From: Candidatus Thalassarchaeaceae archaeon
GTDB lineage: Archaea > Thermoplasmatota > Poseidoniia > Poseidoniales > Thalassarchaeaceae
Reading direction: 5' to 3'
Assembly (NCBI GenBank): GCA_030747675.1
Contig: JASLKH010000014.1
Location: 1-54,055 of the forward strand
Length of the DNA stretch: 54,055 nucleotides
Within the stretch, counting starts at the first letter, position 1. Every line of letters begins with the position of its first letter. The notes beneath the pieces were generated by a model, which was given only the letters and a program-made list of their open reading frames with translations, ran no database searches and was not told where the DNA came from. This document shows, in pieces, positions 18,622 to 26,752 of the stretch. Both the position numbers and the translations under genes were made by a program.

Positions 18622-19593
18622 ATGACTGAGCTCGATGAAGATATAGACGTAAACGAAGAAATTATGGAAGAATCAGAAACTAAGAATGAAGTTGTGGTAG
18701 AAGATTTCAATATGGATGATTCACCAAAATCTGACGGATTCATTGCATTTGTACGTCATGAAGACAAAGTTCTCCTATTACAAAGAGCCGATTCAGTGGC
18801 TGACTTTGCAGGGGCTTGGGATGGTATTTATGGCGTCGGAGATTCAAGAGACATCAATGTCGTTTTGACTAGAATTGAACAAGCGACTGGTATTCCTGCA
18901 TCCTCTCTAACCCATGTTCGTAGTGGTGCGCCACGTGGTGTAGAAATGGGGAATCGCCTCTTTGATATCCGTCCAATGCTCTTCCTTTCTGAATCAACTG
19001 AAGTTGAACCAAAGACATTGTACAAGAGTGCAGATTGGGTCGACCCGGGTTCTATACAAGACAAATCATACAGTGTATCTCAACTTGGACAATTGTATGG
19101 AGATGTTTCCGCTTACCTCTACATTGTAAAGACGACTATTGGCCAGGAAGAAAAGGTAGCAAGAGAAATGCAAGCACGCCTTTCTGGAACTGGTTCTCTC
19201 CAAGATATTCGTGACGAAATCTATGGTGTATTACATCCATCAGTCATGCGAGGGTACATCTTTGTTGAAGCAAGTGCTTTCCACCACGTTGAGAAATTGA
19301 TTGGGCGTGCCGGAGATCGAACGACACCATTGAAGAATTGTAGTCGTGTATTGCCTGGAACTGCGCCACTTGGTGATGTCACACCTTACCTTGAACCCAA
19401 GGCAGCAACAGCTGGTATCGAAGAAGGAGACATCGTCGAAATACGTGTTGGTGCTTTCAAAGGTGAACGAGCCCGTGTCACAAACATCGCTGAGACCAAG
19501 GAAGAAGTCACTGTTGAGCTGTTTGAAGCCGCGGTACCAATCCCGATTACAGTGAGAGCAGATCAAGTGCGCGTCACACAACGCGTGGACTAA
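18622..19593 (+). CDS. spt5: Transcription elongation factor Spt5/NusG with an N-terminal acidic tail and Nudix-like domain
   Basis: NGN domain (YIVKTTIGQE...RGYIFVEA) and KOW (IEEGDIVEIRVGAFKGERARV). About 160 extra N-terminal aa include KVLLLQR...AGAWDGIYG. SD-like GGAGTTGA precedes ATG 18622. Confidence 0.93.
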   Translation: MTELDEDIDVNEEIMEESETKNEVVVEDFNMDDSPKSDGFIAFVRHEDKVLLLQRADSVADFAGAWDGIYGVGDSRDINVVLTRIEQATGIPASSLTHVRSGAPRGVEMGNRLFDIRPMLFLSESTEVEPKTLYKSADWVDPGSIQDKSYSVSQLGQLYGDVSAYLYIVKTTIGQEEKVAREMQARLSGTGSLQDIRDEIYGVLHPSVMRGYIFVEASAFHHVEKLIGRAGDRTTPLKNCSRVLPGTAPLGDVTPYLEPKAATAGIEEGDIVEIRVGAFKGERARVTNIAETKEEVTVELFEAAVPIPITVRADQVRVTQRVD

Positions 19594-19617
19594 CTGAATT
19601 GAGGCCTCACGCGCGAG

Positions 19618-19624
19618 TTATATA
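19618..19624 (+). promoter_or_regulatory. TATA box upstream of rpl11
   Basis: TTATATA ~45 nt before ATG 19667, followed by SD-like AGGAGA at 19654-19659. Confidence 0.6.
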
Positions 19625-19666
19625 CAGGGAGCAAGTCGGCGAGGCGCTTGAATAGGAGATGAGACC

Positions 19667-19945
19667 ATGTCTGCACGCAATGAAACCCCTCACACAGTAC
19701 TGAAAACACTCGGTCAAGAGAAGTGTAATGGGTCATGGGATGCATCGACAGAAAACCTCTCAATTCAGCAAGTCATTGAGGTTTCTGAAACCAAAAAGGA
19801 CAAACTCACAGGTAAAGATCAGAAGGCGCGTGCCTTGGAAGTAATGGGAACATGTGTCTCAATGCGCGTTAATGTAGAAGGCATGCGCCCGAAGGAAGCT
19901 ATTGCAGCAGTAAAGAACGGAGACTTTGATTCACAATTCAATTAA
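19667..19945 (+). CDS. rpl11: Ribosomal protein uL11, C-terminal domain only
   Basis: 92 aa. NLSIQQVIEV...ARALEVMGTCVSMRVNVEG..PKE...GDFD matches the archaeal L11 CTD. Syntenic between spt5 and rpl1; no N-terminal domain is present. Confidence 0.85.
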   Translation: MSARNETPHTVLKTLGQEKCNGSWDASTENLSIQQVIEVSETKKDKLTGKDQKARALEVMGTCVSMRVNVEGMRPKEAIAAVKNGDFDSQFN

Positions 19946-19960
19946 GAAAAAAAACACGGA

Positions 19961-19993
19961 TTGCGGGAGAGGGGTAACCCTCGTAGACCGCGG
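19961..19993 (+). promoter_or_regulatory. Putative uL1 autoregulatory mRNA hairpin
   Basis: UUGCGG-GAG-AGGG-GUAA-CCCU-CGUAGA-CCGCGG: two helices around an asymmetric internal loop with GGGAG, as in L1-binding sites. It abuts the SD GGGGGTGA. Confidence 0.7.
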
Positions 19994-20004
19994 GGGTGAA
20001 AAAA

Positions 20005-20649
20005 ATGGAAAAAAATATCAGAAAAGCAATCGAGCAAGCACTTGAAGAGGCTCCGGCTCGAAAATTTGTTGAATCGGTGGAATTCGCATTCACCATTAGA
20101 GACGTCGACCTAAAGAACCCGTCAAATCGGATTCAAGAAGAAATACGCCTACCGGCTGGTCGTGGGCGAGAACCAAGTATCGCTATGTTCGCAGATGGAG
20201 AAATGGCTGCAAAAGCAAAAGATGCAGGTATTGTAGTCATCGATCCTTCACAAATTGAAGAACTCGGAGGTACCCGTCAAAAGGCCCGTAAACTCGCAAG
20301 AAAGCACGACTTTTTCCTAGCAGAAATCCCTCACATGGGCCCAATTGGTCGGTTCCTCGGTGTAGTTCTTGGTCCTCGAGGTAAAATGCCTCGTCCAGTT
20401 CCACCTGTCGCTGATCCAGCTGCTATTGCAGCAGGTTTGAAGAATGTCGCAATTGTTCGCAGTCGGGACAAAATTACATTTCACACTGTTGTCGGTACAC
20501 GAGATCAAGGAATTGATGCTCTAACAGAGAATGGTATAGAAGTCTGGAAGCGAGTCACAAGTAAGTTAGAACGCGGCAATGGTAACATTCGTTCATTCTA
20601 CGTCAAGACATCTATGGGGCCATCTGTCAAAGCTGAGGTGACACTATGA
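20005..20649 (+). CDS. rpl1: 50S ribosomal protein uL1
   Basis: RKFVESVE, LGVVLGPRGKMP, YVKTSMGP. SD GGGGGTGA favours ATG 20005. Confidence 0.97.
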   Translation: MEKNIRKAIEQALEEAPARKFVESVEFAFTIRDVDLKNPSNRIQEEIRLPAGRGREPSIAMFADGEMAAKAKDAGIVVIDPSQIEELGGTRQKARKLARKHDFFLAEIPHMGPIGRFLGVVLGPRGKMPRPVPPVADPAAIAAGLKNVAIVRSRDKITFHTVVGTRDQGIDALTENGIEVWKRVTSKLERGNGNIRSFYVKTSMGPSVKAEVTL

Positions 20650-21656
20650 TACCAAAGGTTGCACCTTGGAAGAAAGATCGCGTTGGTGTACTAACTGACT
20701 TGCTAAAGCAAGAAGGTGTAGTCGGTATTATCGATGTTGAAGGAGTACCTGCAACTGCAATGATTGGTATGCGAAATACACTTCGTAAACAAATGACTCT
20801 AACAATGGCAAAGAAAACACTTGTGCGTCGCGCATGGAAGAAAGCCGGACTAGGCGAGGAAGGACTTGATGAACTCCTTGATGGTGTTAGACTACCCATG
20901 CTTGTTCATTCAGATTCAATGAATGCTTTCCAACTCTATGCTGAATTAGATAAAACTCGTACTGGTCGAGCTGCTAAGGGTGGAGACATTGCTCCTAATG
21001 ACATTATTATTGAGGAAGGGCCCACTACTTTCCCACCAGGCCCAATTGTTGGTGAATTCAACTCTGTAGGTATCCCTGCGAAAATTGACAAAGGCAAGGT
21101 TGCAATTGTCAAGACTGTTACTGCAGTCGAGAAAGGAGAAGAAATCAGTGCGGATTTAGGATTAATGCTTTCTAAATTAGATATCAATCCAATCGAAATC
21201 GGTTTGATTCTTTCTGGTGCCATTGAAGGTGGCATTTTGATGCCTGCTGATGACCTTAACCTCGATCTGGATGGCTTCACGGCCTCGGTCAAGACGGCCA
21301 CAAGTGGCGCGTTCAACGTCGCTTGCAACATTGGATGGTTCACAAACGAGACTGTCACAGCCCTGCTCTCAAAGGCAGTTGGAGAGGCTCTTTCAGTGGC
21401 TGTCGAAGCTGGCATTCCAAACAGCGAAACAATGCCCATACTAATCAGTCGGGCTCATTCGCACATGTTGTCTGTCGCAGGACAAATGGATTCCTCTGCA
21501 TTGGGTGAAGACTTAGCCAATGCACTAGGCTCTGCAGCAACTGCTGCAGTAGCTGCCCCTACTTCCAATGAGGCACCGGCTGAAGAAGCCGTTGCTGAAG
21601 AGGAAGAACCTGAGGAAGAGGCTACCTTCGGTGGCCTAGGGGACATGTTCGGTTAA
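20646..21656 (+). CDS. rpl10: 50S ribosomal protein uL10 (P0)
   Basis: VAPWKK, AKGGDIAPNDI, GPTTFPPGP and an acidic tail ending GLGDMFG. Confidence 0.96.
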   Translation: MIPKVAPWKKDRVGVLTDLLKQEGVVGIIDVEGVPATAMIGMRNTLRKQMTLTMAKKTLVRRAWKKAGLGEEGLDELLDGVRLPMLVHSDSMNAFQLYAELDKTRTGRAAKGGDIAPNDIIIEEGPTTFPPGPIVGEFNSVGIPAKIDKGKVAIVKTVTAVEKGEEISADLGLMLSKLDINPIEIGLILSGAIEGGILMPADDLNLDLDGFTASVKTATSGAFNVACNIGWFTNETVTALLSKAVGEALSVAVEAGIPNSETMPILISRAHSHMLSVAGQMDSSALGEDLANALGSAATAAVAAPTSNEAPAEEAVAEEEEPEEEATFGGLGDMFG

Positions 21657-21692
21657 ATCGAACTAAAATAAAATAAAAAAAGGTGAAAAAAA

Positions 21693-22004
21693 ATGGAATA
21701 CGTATATGCTGCTATGATGCTGCATTCTGCAGAGAAAGAAATTGATGAGAAGGCTGTTGGCGCCGTACTGAAGGCTGCTGGCGTAAAGGCTGATGATGCA
21801 CGTGTGAAAGCACTAGTCGCTAGTCTAGCCTCCGTAGACATTGGAGAAGCTATGAGCCAGGCTATTGCGGCACCCGCTGCAGCAGCGCCTGCTGCCGCAG
21901 CTTCCGCTGGTGGTTCAGATGCTCCAGCCGCTGAAGAAGCAGCAGCTGAAGAAGCAGAAGATGAACCTGCAGCTTTCGAAGGTCTCGGCTCTCTCTTTGG
22001 CTGA
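21693..22004 (+). CDS. rpl12: 50S ribosomal stalk protein P1/L12
   Basis: [11 protein letters not shown], Ala-rich hinge and C-terminal EGLGSLFG. Confidence 0.97.
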   Translation: MEYVYAAMMLHSAEKEIDEKAVGAVLKAAGVKADDARVKALVASLASVDIGEAMSQAIAAPAAAAPAAAASAGGSDAPAAEEAAAEEAEDEPAAFEGLGSLFG

Positions 22005-22047
22005 AACTCTTGCAGAAGCATAATCTAAACACACAAGATTACACTAC

Positions 22048-22170
22048 CCACGTGATGGGGCGCTCCCGAGCGTTTGTTGGCCGTCTGATCGATAGATTGG
22101 ACAGTTGCCGGGGCGGCCATTCACCCGCGCCTCGTCCGGCATAACCCGGTACTGTGCCCCATCTACGTGG
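22048..22170 (+). ncRNA. Candidate structured RNA of unassigned family
   Basis: Closing helix 22048-22063/22154-22170, hairpin 22083-22102, and helix 22103-22112/22145-22153 enclosing two small hairpins. G-U pairs favour the + strand. A T8 tract follows. Confidence 0.55.
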
Positions 22171-22171
22171 A

Positions 22172-22179
22172 TTTTTTTT
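22172..22179 (+). terminator. Oligo-T archaeal terminator-like tract
   Basis: T8 immediately 3' of the structured element at the end of the ribosomal cluster. Confidence 0.5.
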
Positions 22180-22239
22180 ATAGCGAATGATTTCTTGTTC
22201 CTGCGACATCCTCATGACCAAGTGGCATTAGTCAGTTAC

Positions 22240-22755
22240 ATGGCACGGCCACGAAGAGTGACTTTGGAAGTTTCAATCACTCCAACACAAGCGATCCGTG
22301 CCTTCAGAGAACTTGCTGATGAAGCCAATTGGGATTGGGAGCGAGAAGAAGGTAGCCGAATGGTAGATCGGTGGATGATTATCATGCCCCTCACTCGTTC
22401 AACGCGAAGTTTCCGTCTAGCTATTACAACTGGAGAAGGCACTGGAATTATCCTAACAGCATGGGAAGAAGTAAGTGGTTCTAGAGGGGGAGTTTCAAAA
22501 GTCGAATGGATAATTCCAGGGCATTTAACGAGTGGACCATTGCATCAATTAATCGAAGCATGGTCTGCAAAGCACCCAAGATGCCCATGGAGATGGAGCT
22601 TTGGAGAACGTTCGCTTATTGGTTTCTTGTTACCTGTTTGGCGAAGAAGTCGTCGGGATTTTCGTAAATTTGGAATCGATACTCGCAGACGCAGTTGGCC
22701 GTTACAAGCAAATTGGCCACCTAGTGATTGGCCCGATGCAAGAGAAGAGGAATGA
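22240..22755 (+). CDS. Hypothetical Trp/Arg-rich protein
   Basis: ORF fills the gap; ATG 22240 avoids the upstream structured element. No motif recognised. Confidence 0.55.
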   Translation: MARPRRVTLEVSITPTQAIRAFRELADEANWDWEREEGSRMVDRWMIIMPLTRSTRSFRLAITTGEGTGIILTAWEEVSGSRGGVSKVEWIIPGHLTSGPLHQLIEAWSAKHPRCPWRWSFGERSLIGFLLPVWRRSRRDFRKFGIDTRRRSWPLQANWPPSDWPDAREEE

Positions 22756-22815
22756 AAAACTCACAGAAGGCAGGTTCATCAACCATTCACTTACTGAGTG
22801 TCATGAGGGGAGTTC

Positions 22816-23568
22816 ATGGATGCGGACACAATCATCTCGAAATGGTTCTCCACACGTGAACAAAAGATTACTTGGGCCGTGAGTTTGGCTTTCCTTCTAA
22901 TCTTCCCACTATATTTCTCAAACATGGCGGCTTTCCTACCAGGAAATGCTGTTGTCGATGACACTGGTGGCTCAGGAAGTTGGGATGTCAAATTTACAGA
23001 AACTGTTGAGGACGAAGATTCAGAAACAATTGAGGGCATGGAAGATGCAGAAATCTTTGAATTGGAATTTTCCTATGAGGATTTAACATCCAATTTAGCC
23101 TATGTCAAAATTACGGTATCCCACGATGAAAGTAACGAAAGGGGGCCTGATCCTTCTCCTGGCCCAATACCGGATGTCACTCCTTCTTGGCCTGTACAAT
23201 GCGATACTGTCGATGTTGAAATTGATATGAGTGACATCAATGGATATGTGGAAAATGGTAGTACAACTTCTAGTTCATCATCTGATTGCCCCAGTGAACA
23301 GGTTCTTTTCATTTACATGATACAAAATTACACTGGTATGAATTACAATACAAAGGGTTCGAAAAATTCTATTCTCGCTTCATATGATGATGAAGGGTTG
23401 GGCCGAGGAGATTGGTATGGTGAAATCGAATTAACAGTGAATACCGGTGGCCCGAATGGCCCTACTGGCAATCGAGACAATGGAGAAGATGTTACAGTCA
23501 GTTGGGAAATAGTGTCAACTGTAGTTGAAGTAACAAAATCTGTCGAAGACGTCGGTGCCGAAGTTTAA
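22816..23568 (+). CDS. Hypothetical membrane-anchored acidic beta-rich protein
   Basis: One N-terminal TM and an acidic extracellular domain with two Cys. Confidence 0.7.
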   Translation: MDADTIISKWFSTREQKITWAVSLAFLLIFPLYFSNMAAFLPGNAVVDDTGGSGSWDVKFTETVEDEDSETIEGMEDAEIFELEFSYEDLTSNLAYVKITVSHDESNERGPDPSPGPIPDVTPSWPVQCDTVDVEIDMSDINGYVENGSTTSSSSSDCPSEQVLFIYMIQNYTGMNYNTKGSKNSILASYDDEGLGRGDWYGEIELTVNTGGPNGPTGNRDNGEDVTVSWEIVSTVVEVTKSVEDVGAEV

Positions 23569-23613
23569 TCCAACGGTACAAACGCTGTTAAACCAGTTCT
23601 TAATGGGGTATTC

Positions 23614-24393
23614 ATGAACGACGGCTTAGCATGGTTTATATTTGCAGGAATTCCCATGTTAATGTGGATTATTGGATCCTCGTTGAAAGTGATAAAACAA
23701 TGGGAGGGTGCTGTTGTTTTCCGCCTTGGTGTATGCAAAGGAGTATTGAAACCTGGACTTCGAACAGTACTTCCATTCGTTGACAAACTTGTCCGCTGGG
23801 ATATTCGAATGCTCATCAATGACGTACCAGGCCAATCCGTTGTGACTAAGGACAATATTTCACTAACAATTGATGCTGTTGTTTTCTATCGTGTGCGAAA
23901 TCCTATGGATGCTGTGAACAAAGTGACCAATGCACGTGAGATGATTGCAATGGCTGCACAAGGAGCACTTCGTGATGTCATTGGCTCACTAGAACTTGAT
24001 TCTGTTCTTCAGCAACGAGAAATGATTGCAGATAAAATTCGTGCAAACCTAGATGAGGCAACTGATCCATGGGGTATCGATGTTAGACACATTGAATTAA
24101 CCGATTTACAATTACCACACGACCTGACACGTGCAATGGCAAAAGAGGCTGAGGCTGATCGTGAAGCAAAGGCGAGAATTATCAAAGCAAGTGCTGAAAG
24201 AGAAGCCGCCGCCAAACTTGCAGAAGCGCAAGAATTGTTCACACGATTCCCTGCTCTAATGGAACTTCGCCGCCTTCAAGTGTTAACTGAAGTTGGGGCG
24301 GAGCATAATGCCACTCGAATCATGATGCTGCCTGATACTCTACTAGAGGCTGGCCCAGGTGTTCTTAGCAAGATGTTAGGGGGTGGAAAGTGA
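23614..24393 (+). CDS. SPFH/stomatin (slipin) family protein
   Basis: KQWEGAVVFRLG, VTKDNISLTIDAVVFYRV, DEATDPWGIDV, RAMAKEAEADRE. Confidence 0.93.
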   Translation: MNDGLAWFIFAGIPMLMWIIGSSLKVIKQWEGAVVFRLGVCKGVLKPGLRTVLPFVDKLVRWDIRMLINDVPGQSVVTKDNISLTIDAVVFYRVRNPMDAVNKVTNAREMIAMAAQGALRDVIGSLELDSVLQQREMIADKIRANLDEATDPWGIDVRHIELTDLQLPHDLTRAMAKEAEADREAKARIIKASAEREAAAKLAEAQELFTRFPALMELRRLQVLTEVGAEHNATRIMMLPDTLLEAGPGVLSKMLGGGK

Positions 24394-25460
24394 TGGAAGA
24401 TTTCGAATTCATATGTGGCCTTTGCTGTAGTTTAGGCATTGGTTTGGCTCTTATGGGATTCCTCATCAGTGGCGGGAATTCAATGTTCATCGTTCCAGGT
24501 TCACCGCCAGGAACCCATCCACCAAGAGGTGCATGGCCTCGACGTGCCATGGGTGTACCTTGGACTGTGTTTGACCAATATGAAAGAGGTGTCCGATTCC
24601 GGTTTGGAAAGGCTGTACAAAAAGAAGTAGGAGTAGGAGTTCGATTCAGAATACCAATCATGGAAGAATTGATTTCAGTTGATATTCGAGATCGACCTGA
24701 AAATATTCCAAACCAAGTTTGTATCAGTAGAGACAATGTATCCATCAAAGTGGATGGTGTTGTGTATTGGAAAGTATTCCAACCATTGAATGCTGTTTTG
24801 TCCGTTGCGGATCCTAGCGCTATCATTCGTAATGCAACTATGGCGAACCTACGAGTTGTTATTGGAGAGTTTACACTTGATGAACTTCTTCAAAAGCGTG
24901 AATTGATTGCTAATAGACTCGAAGAATTACTTGATGGGTTCAGTCGTCCGATTGGTATAGACATCTCACGTGTAGATATCACTGATGTCGTTATCCCACA
25001 CGATATGCAACGTGCAATGGCTCGAGAAGCAGAAGCGCAACGAGAACGCCGTGCTCGCTTAATTAGAGCGCAAGGTGAAGTTGAGGCTGTTAAGAATCTT
25101 GGACACGCAGCACACACACTTGCTAAGAATCCAGAATTGCTTGAACTCAGACGTCTACAGACTGTTGGTGAATTAGGCATGGAGCAGAGTACATTGATTA
25201 CACTTGTACTACCTTATGATTATGGACACCTCGGTGGTGGCCGTGCAAATTCCGAAAAGAGATTCTCAGACGAAGATAACCAAGCATTCTTGGATTCCCT
25301 AGGGATTGCTTTAGATGAGGTTGAAGTTGTTGTTCTGGAAGAAAGTGATGTCAACCAAGCGGCAACAGCGGTGGAAGAAATGGCACCTAGTGGATTACCT
25401 GATATGACTGGAATGATGTCTCCAGCACCACCAGAGGATACTTCACAAAGCCAAGATTAG
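24393..25460 (+). CDS. SPFH/stomatin (slipin) family protein, second paralog
   Basis: DQYERGVRFRFG, ISRDNVSIKVDGVVYWKV, RAMAREAEAQRERRA. TGATG coupling to the first paralog; acidic disordered tail. Confidence 0.92.
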   Translation: MEDFEFICGLCCSLGIGLALMGFLISGGNSMFIVPGSPPGTHPPRGAWPRRAMGVPWTVFDQYERGVRFRFGKAVQKEVGVGVRFRIPIMEELISVDIRDRPENIPNQVCISRDNVSIKVDGVVYWKVFQPLNAVLSVADPSAIIRNATMANLRVVIGEFTLDELLQKRELIANRLEELLDGFSRPIGIDISRVDITDVVIPHDMQRAMAREAEAQRERRARLIRAQGEVEAVKNLGHAAHTLAKNPELLELRRLQTVGELGMEQSTLITLVLPYDYGHLGGGRANSEKRFSDEDNQAFLDSLGIALDEVEVVVLEESDVNQAATAVEEMAPSGLPDMTGMMSPAPPEDTSQSQD

Positions 25461-26752
25461 GTTTTAGCGACAATTTTCACAACAGCGTTGTCAGCTAATT
25501 CATGATCGGCTCCAATGACCCTGCCGGTTCTAGCGTCCACTGCTCGGATGAACCCATCGCCTAAGTCAGAGTGAACTGCATAAGCAAGCCCTTTGGCAAC
25601 AGTCCCTCGTTCAACAAGCAATGCATCTGGTAGGATTCGTCCATCACCATCAGTCCAATGTGTTTCATCCTGCACAGGGTATGCCACAATTCGATCAAGT
25701 CGTTCTCGCACAATTTTGGACACTAATGGTACTAAACCCGTTCCTCCTAAACGATGCAATCGCTGCCGGATTGCCTCAAGCCCTTTTTTTTGTGGCTCAG
25801 ATAGATTCAATTCACCTGTATCTGTAATAGAGAAATCAGTCGAGCCAATTGGATAATCAATTAATCCTACTTTTGCGGCCCTTCGTAAGGCCAATTCTGA
25901 ATCGGCACTTGTTGGAAGAAGAATTCCGCCCTCTGATTCAACATGCACTTGCAATGCATCCCAAGCCCCATCTTCGGCTTCATCGGCCTTATTTGCTGCT
26001 ACACAAAGCGGGAAGACTGATCTTCGCAAATGGTGTGACAATATTGTTCTCGTAGTTGTATCCCAATCCCATGGATTTGATTCACTTGCAGAACAATCGC
26101 GTTTGAAGGAATCTAAGGCGTTCATAACTTTGGATTCTGTGGAGCCAATTCCAGATAGTTGCCCGTGGATGTAAGTAACCAATCCACGCTCACCCTCTGC
26201 CTGAACTCGACGGACGCCTCGCACCCAACCTGAATCCAAGATTCCATGAATCCACATGGCCAATTCTTCAACGAGGAATGTATGTTCTTCAATAGGGTTG
26301 CAAGCCCCAGGGCCAATTGGATTTCCTTCCAAATCAGTTGCACCTGAAGCGTCTACAACTTGGATCAAAGCATCACACTGTGCTAAATCATTCAGAAATT
26401 GATTTCCTCTACCCTTTCCATCGTGTGCCCCAGGAACCAAACCTGCAACATCAACCAATGTGACTGGGACTCGGCGGACGTGTCCTACACATGCCCCAGT
26501 TCGAGGTTCGCAAAGACTACCCATTTTGGGATCGTCTTCTGTAACTGGGTCTAAACGGCCATCTGATTCTTTCTTACTGCGTAAGTCCTTGCAAGGGCAA
26601 TCCGACTGTGCAGGAAGAAAAGTTACTCCTACATTTGGATCAATAGTTGTGAAGGGATAATTCGCTATCTCAACTGCGCTTTCGGTCAAAGCCGAGAAAG
26701 TGGTAGACTTCCCCACATTGGGTTTGCCAACCAACCCGATTCGCATGGTCAC
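25457..26752 (-). CDS. ychF: YchF/Ola1 (Obg-family) translation-associated NTPase
   Basis: GLVGKPNVGKST, ANYPFTTIDPN, DVAGLVPGA, GNQFL, ANKAD and a C-terminal TGS domain; Cys-containing insert typical of archaeal members. Confidence 0.95.
   Translation of the reverse strand: MTMRIGLVGKPNVGKSTTFSALTESAVEIANYPFTTIDPNVGVTFLPAQSDCPCKDLRSKKESDGRLDPVTEDDPKMGSLCEPRTGACVGHVRRVPVTLVDVAGLVPGAHDGKGRGNQFLNDLAQCDALIQVVDASGATDLEGNPIGPGACNPIEEHTFLVEELAMWIHGILDSGWVRGVRRVQAEGERGLVTYIHGQLSGIGSTESKVMNALDSFKRDCSASESNPWDWDTTTRTILSHHLRRSVFPLCVAANKADEAEDGAWDALQVHVESEGGILLPTSADSELALRRAAKVGLIDYPIGSTDFSITDTGELNLSEPQKKGLEAIRQRLHRLGGTGLVPLVSKIVRERLDRIVAYPVQDETHWTDGDGRILPDALLVERGTVAKGLAYAVHSDLGDGFIRAVDARTGRVIGADHELADNAVVKIVAKT

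Noticed and set aside
19594-19666. Frameshifted or pseudogenised L11 N-terminal domain
   Set aside because: Only 73 bp are available, occupied by a TATA box and SD; no PPLGP-like remnant is visible.
22057-22153. HDV-like ribozyme fold
   Set aside because: P1- and P2-like pairings can be drawn, but the L3/P1.1 and catalytic J4/2 consensus do not fit convincingly. It is left as an untested possibility only.
22048-22170. 5S rRNA, tRNA, RNase P or SRP identity for the structured element
   Set aside because: The length and fragments (GGCGGCCAU, GUACUGUG, an acceptor-like GGGGCGC/GUGCCCCA) are suggestive. However, the spacing is not collinear with 5S, there is no T-loop or anticodon arm, and the RNase P P4 and SRP helix-8 motifs are missing.
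22039-22239. ORF 22039-22221 (-) and the TTG extension 22105-22239 (+)
   Set aside because: Both run across the structured element and T-tract with no protein-like signal; ATG 22240 is the more plausible start.
26500-26610. Cys-rich insert in YchF as a novelty
   Set aside because: A CxC...C...C insert is a usual feature of archaeal YchF; here it is only somewhat longer.
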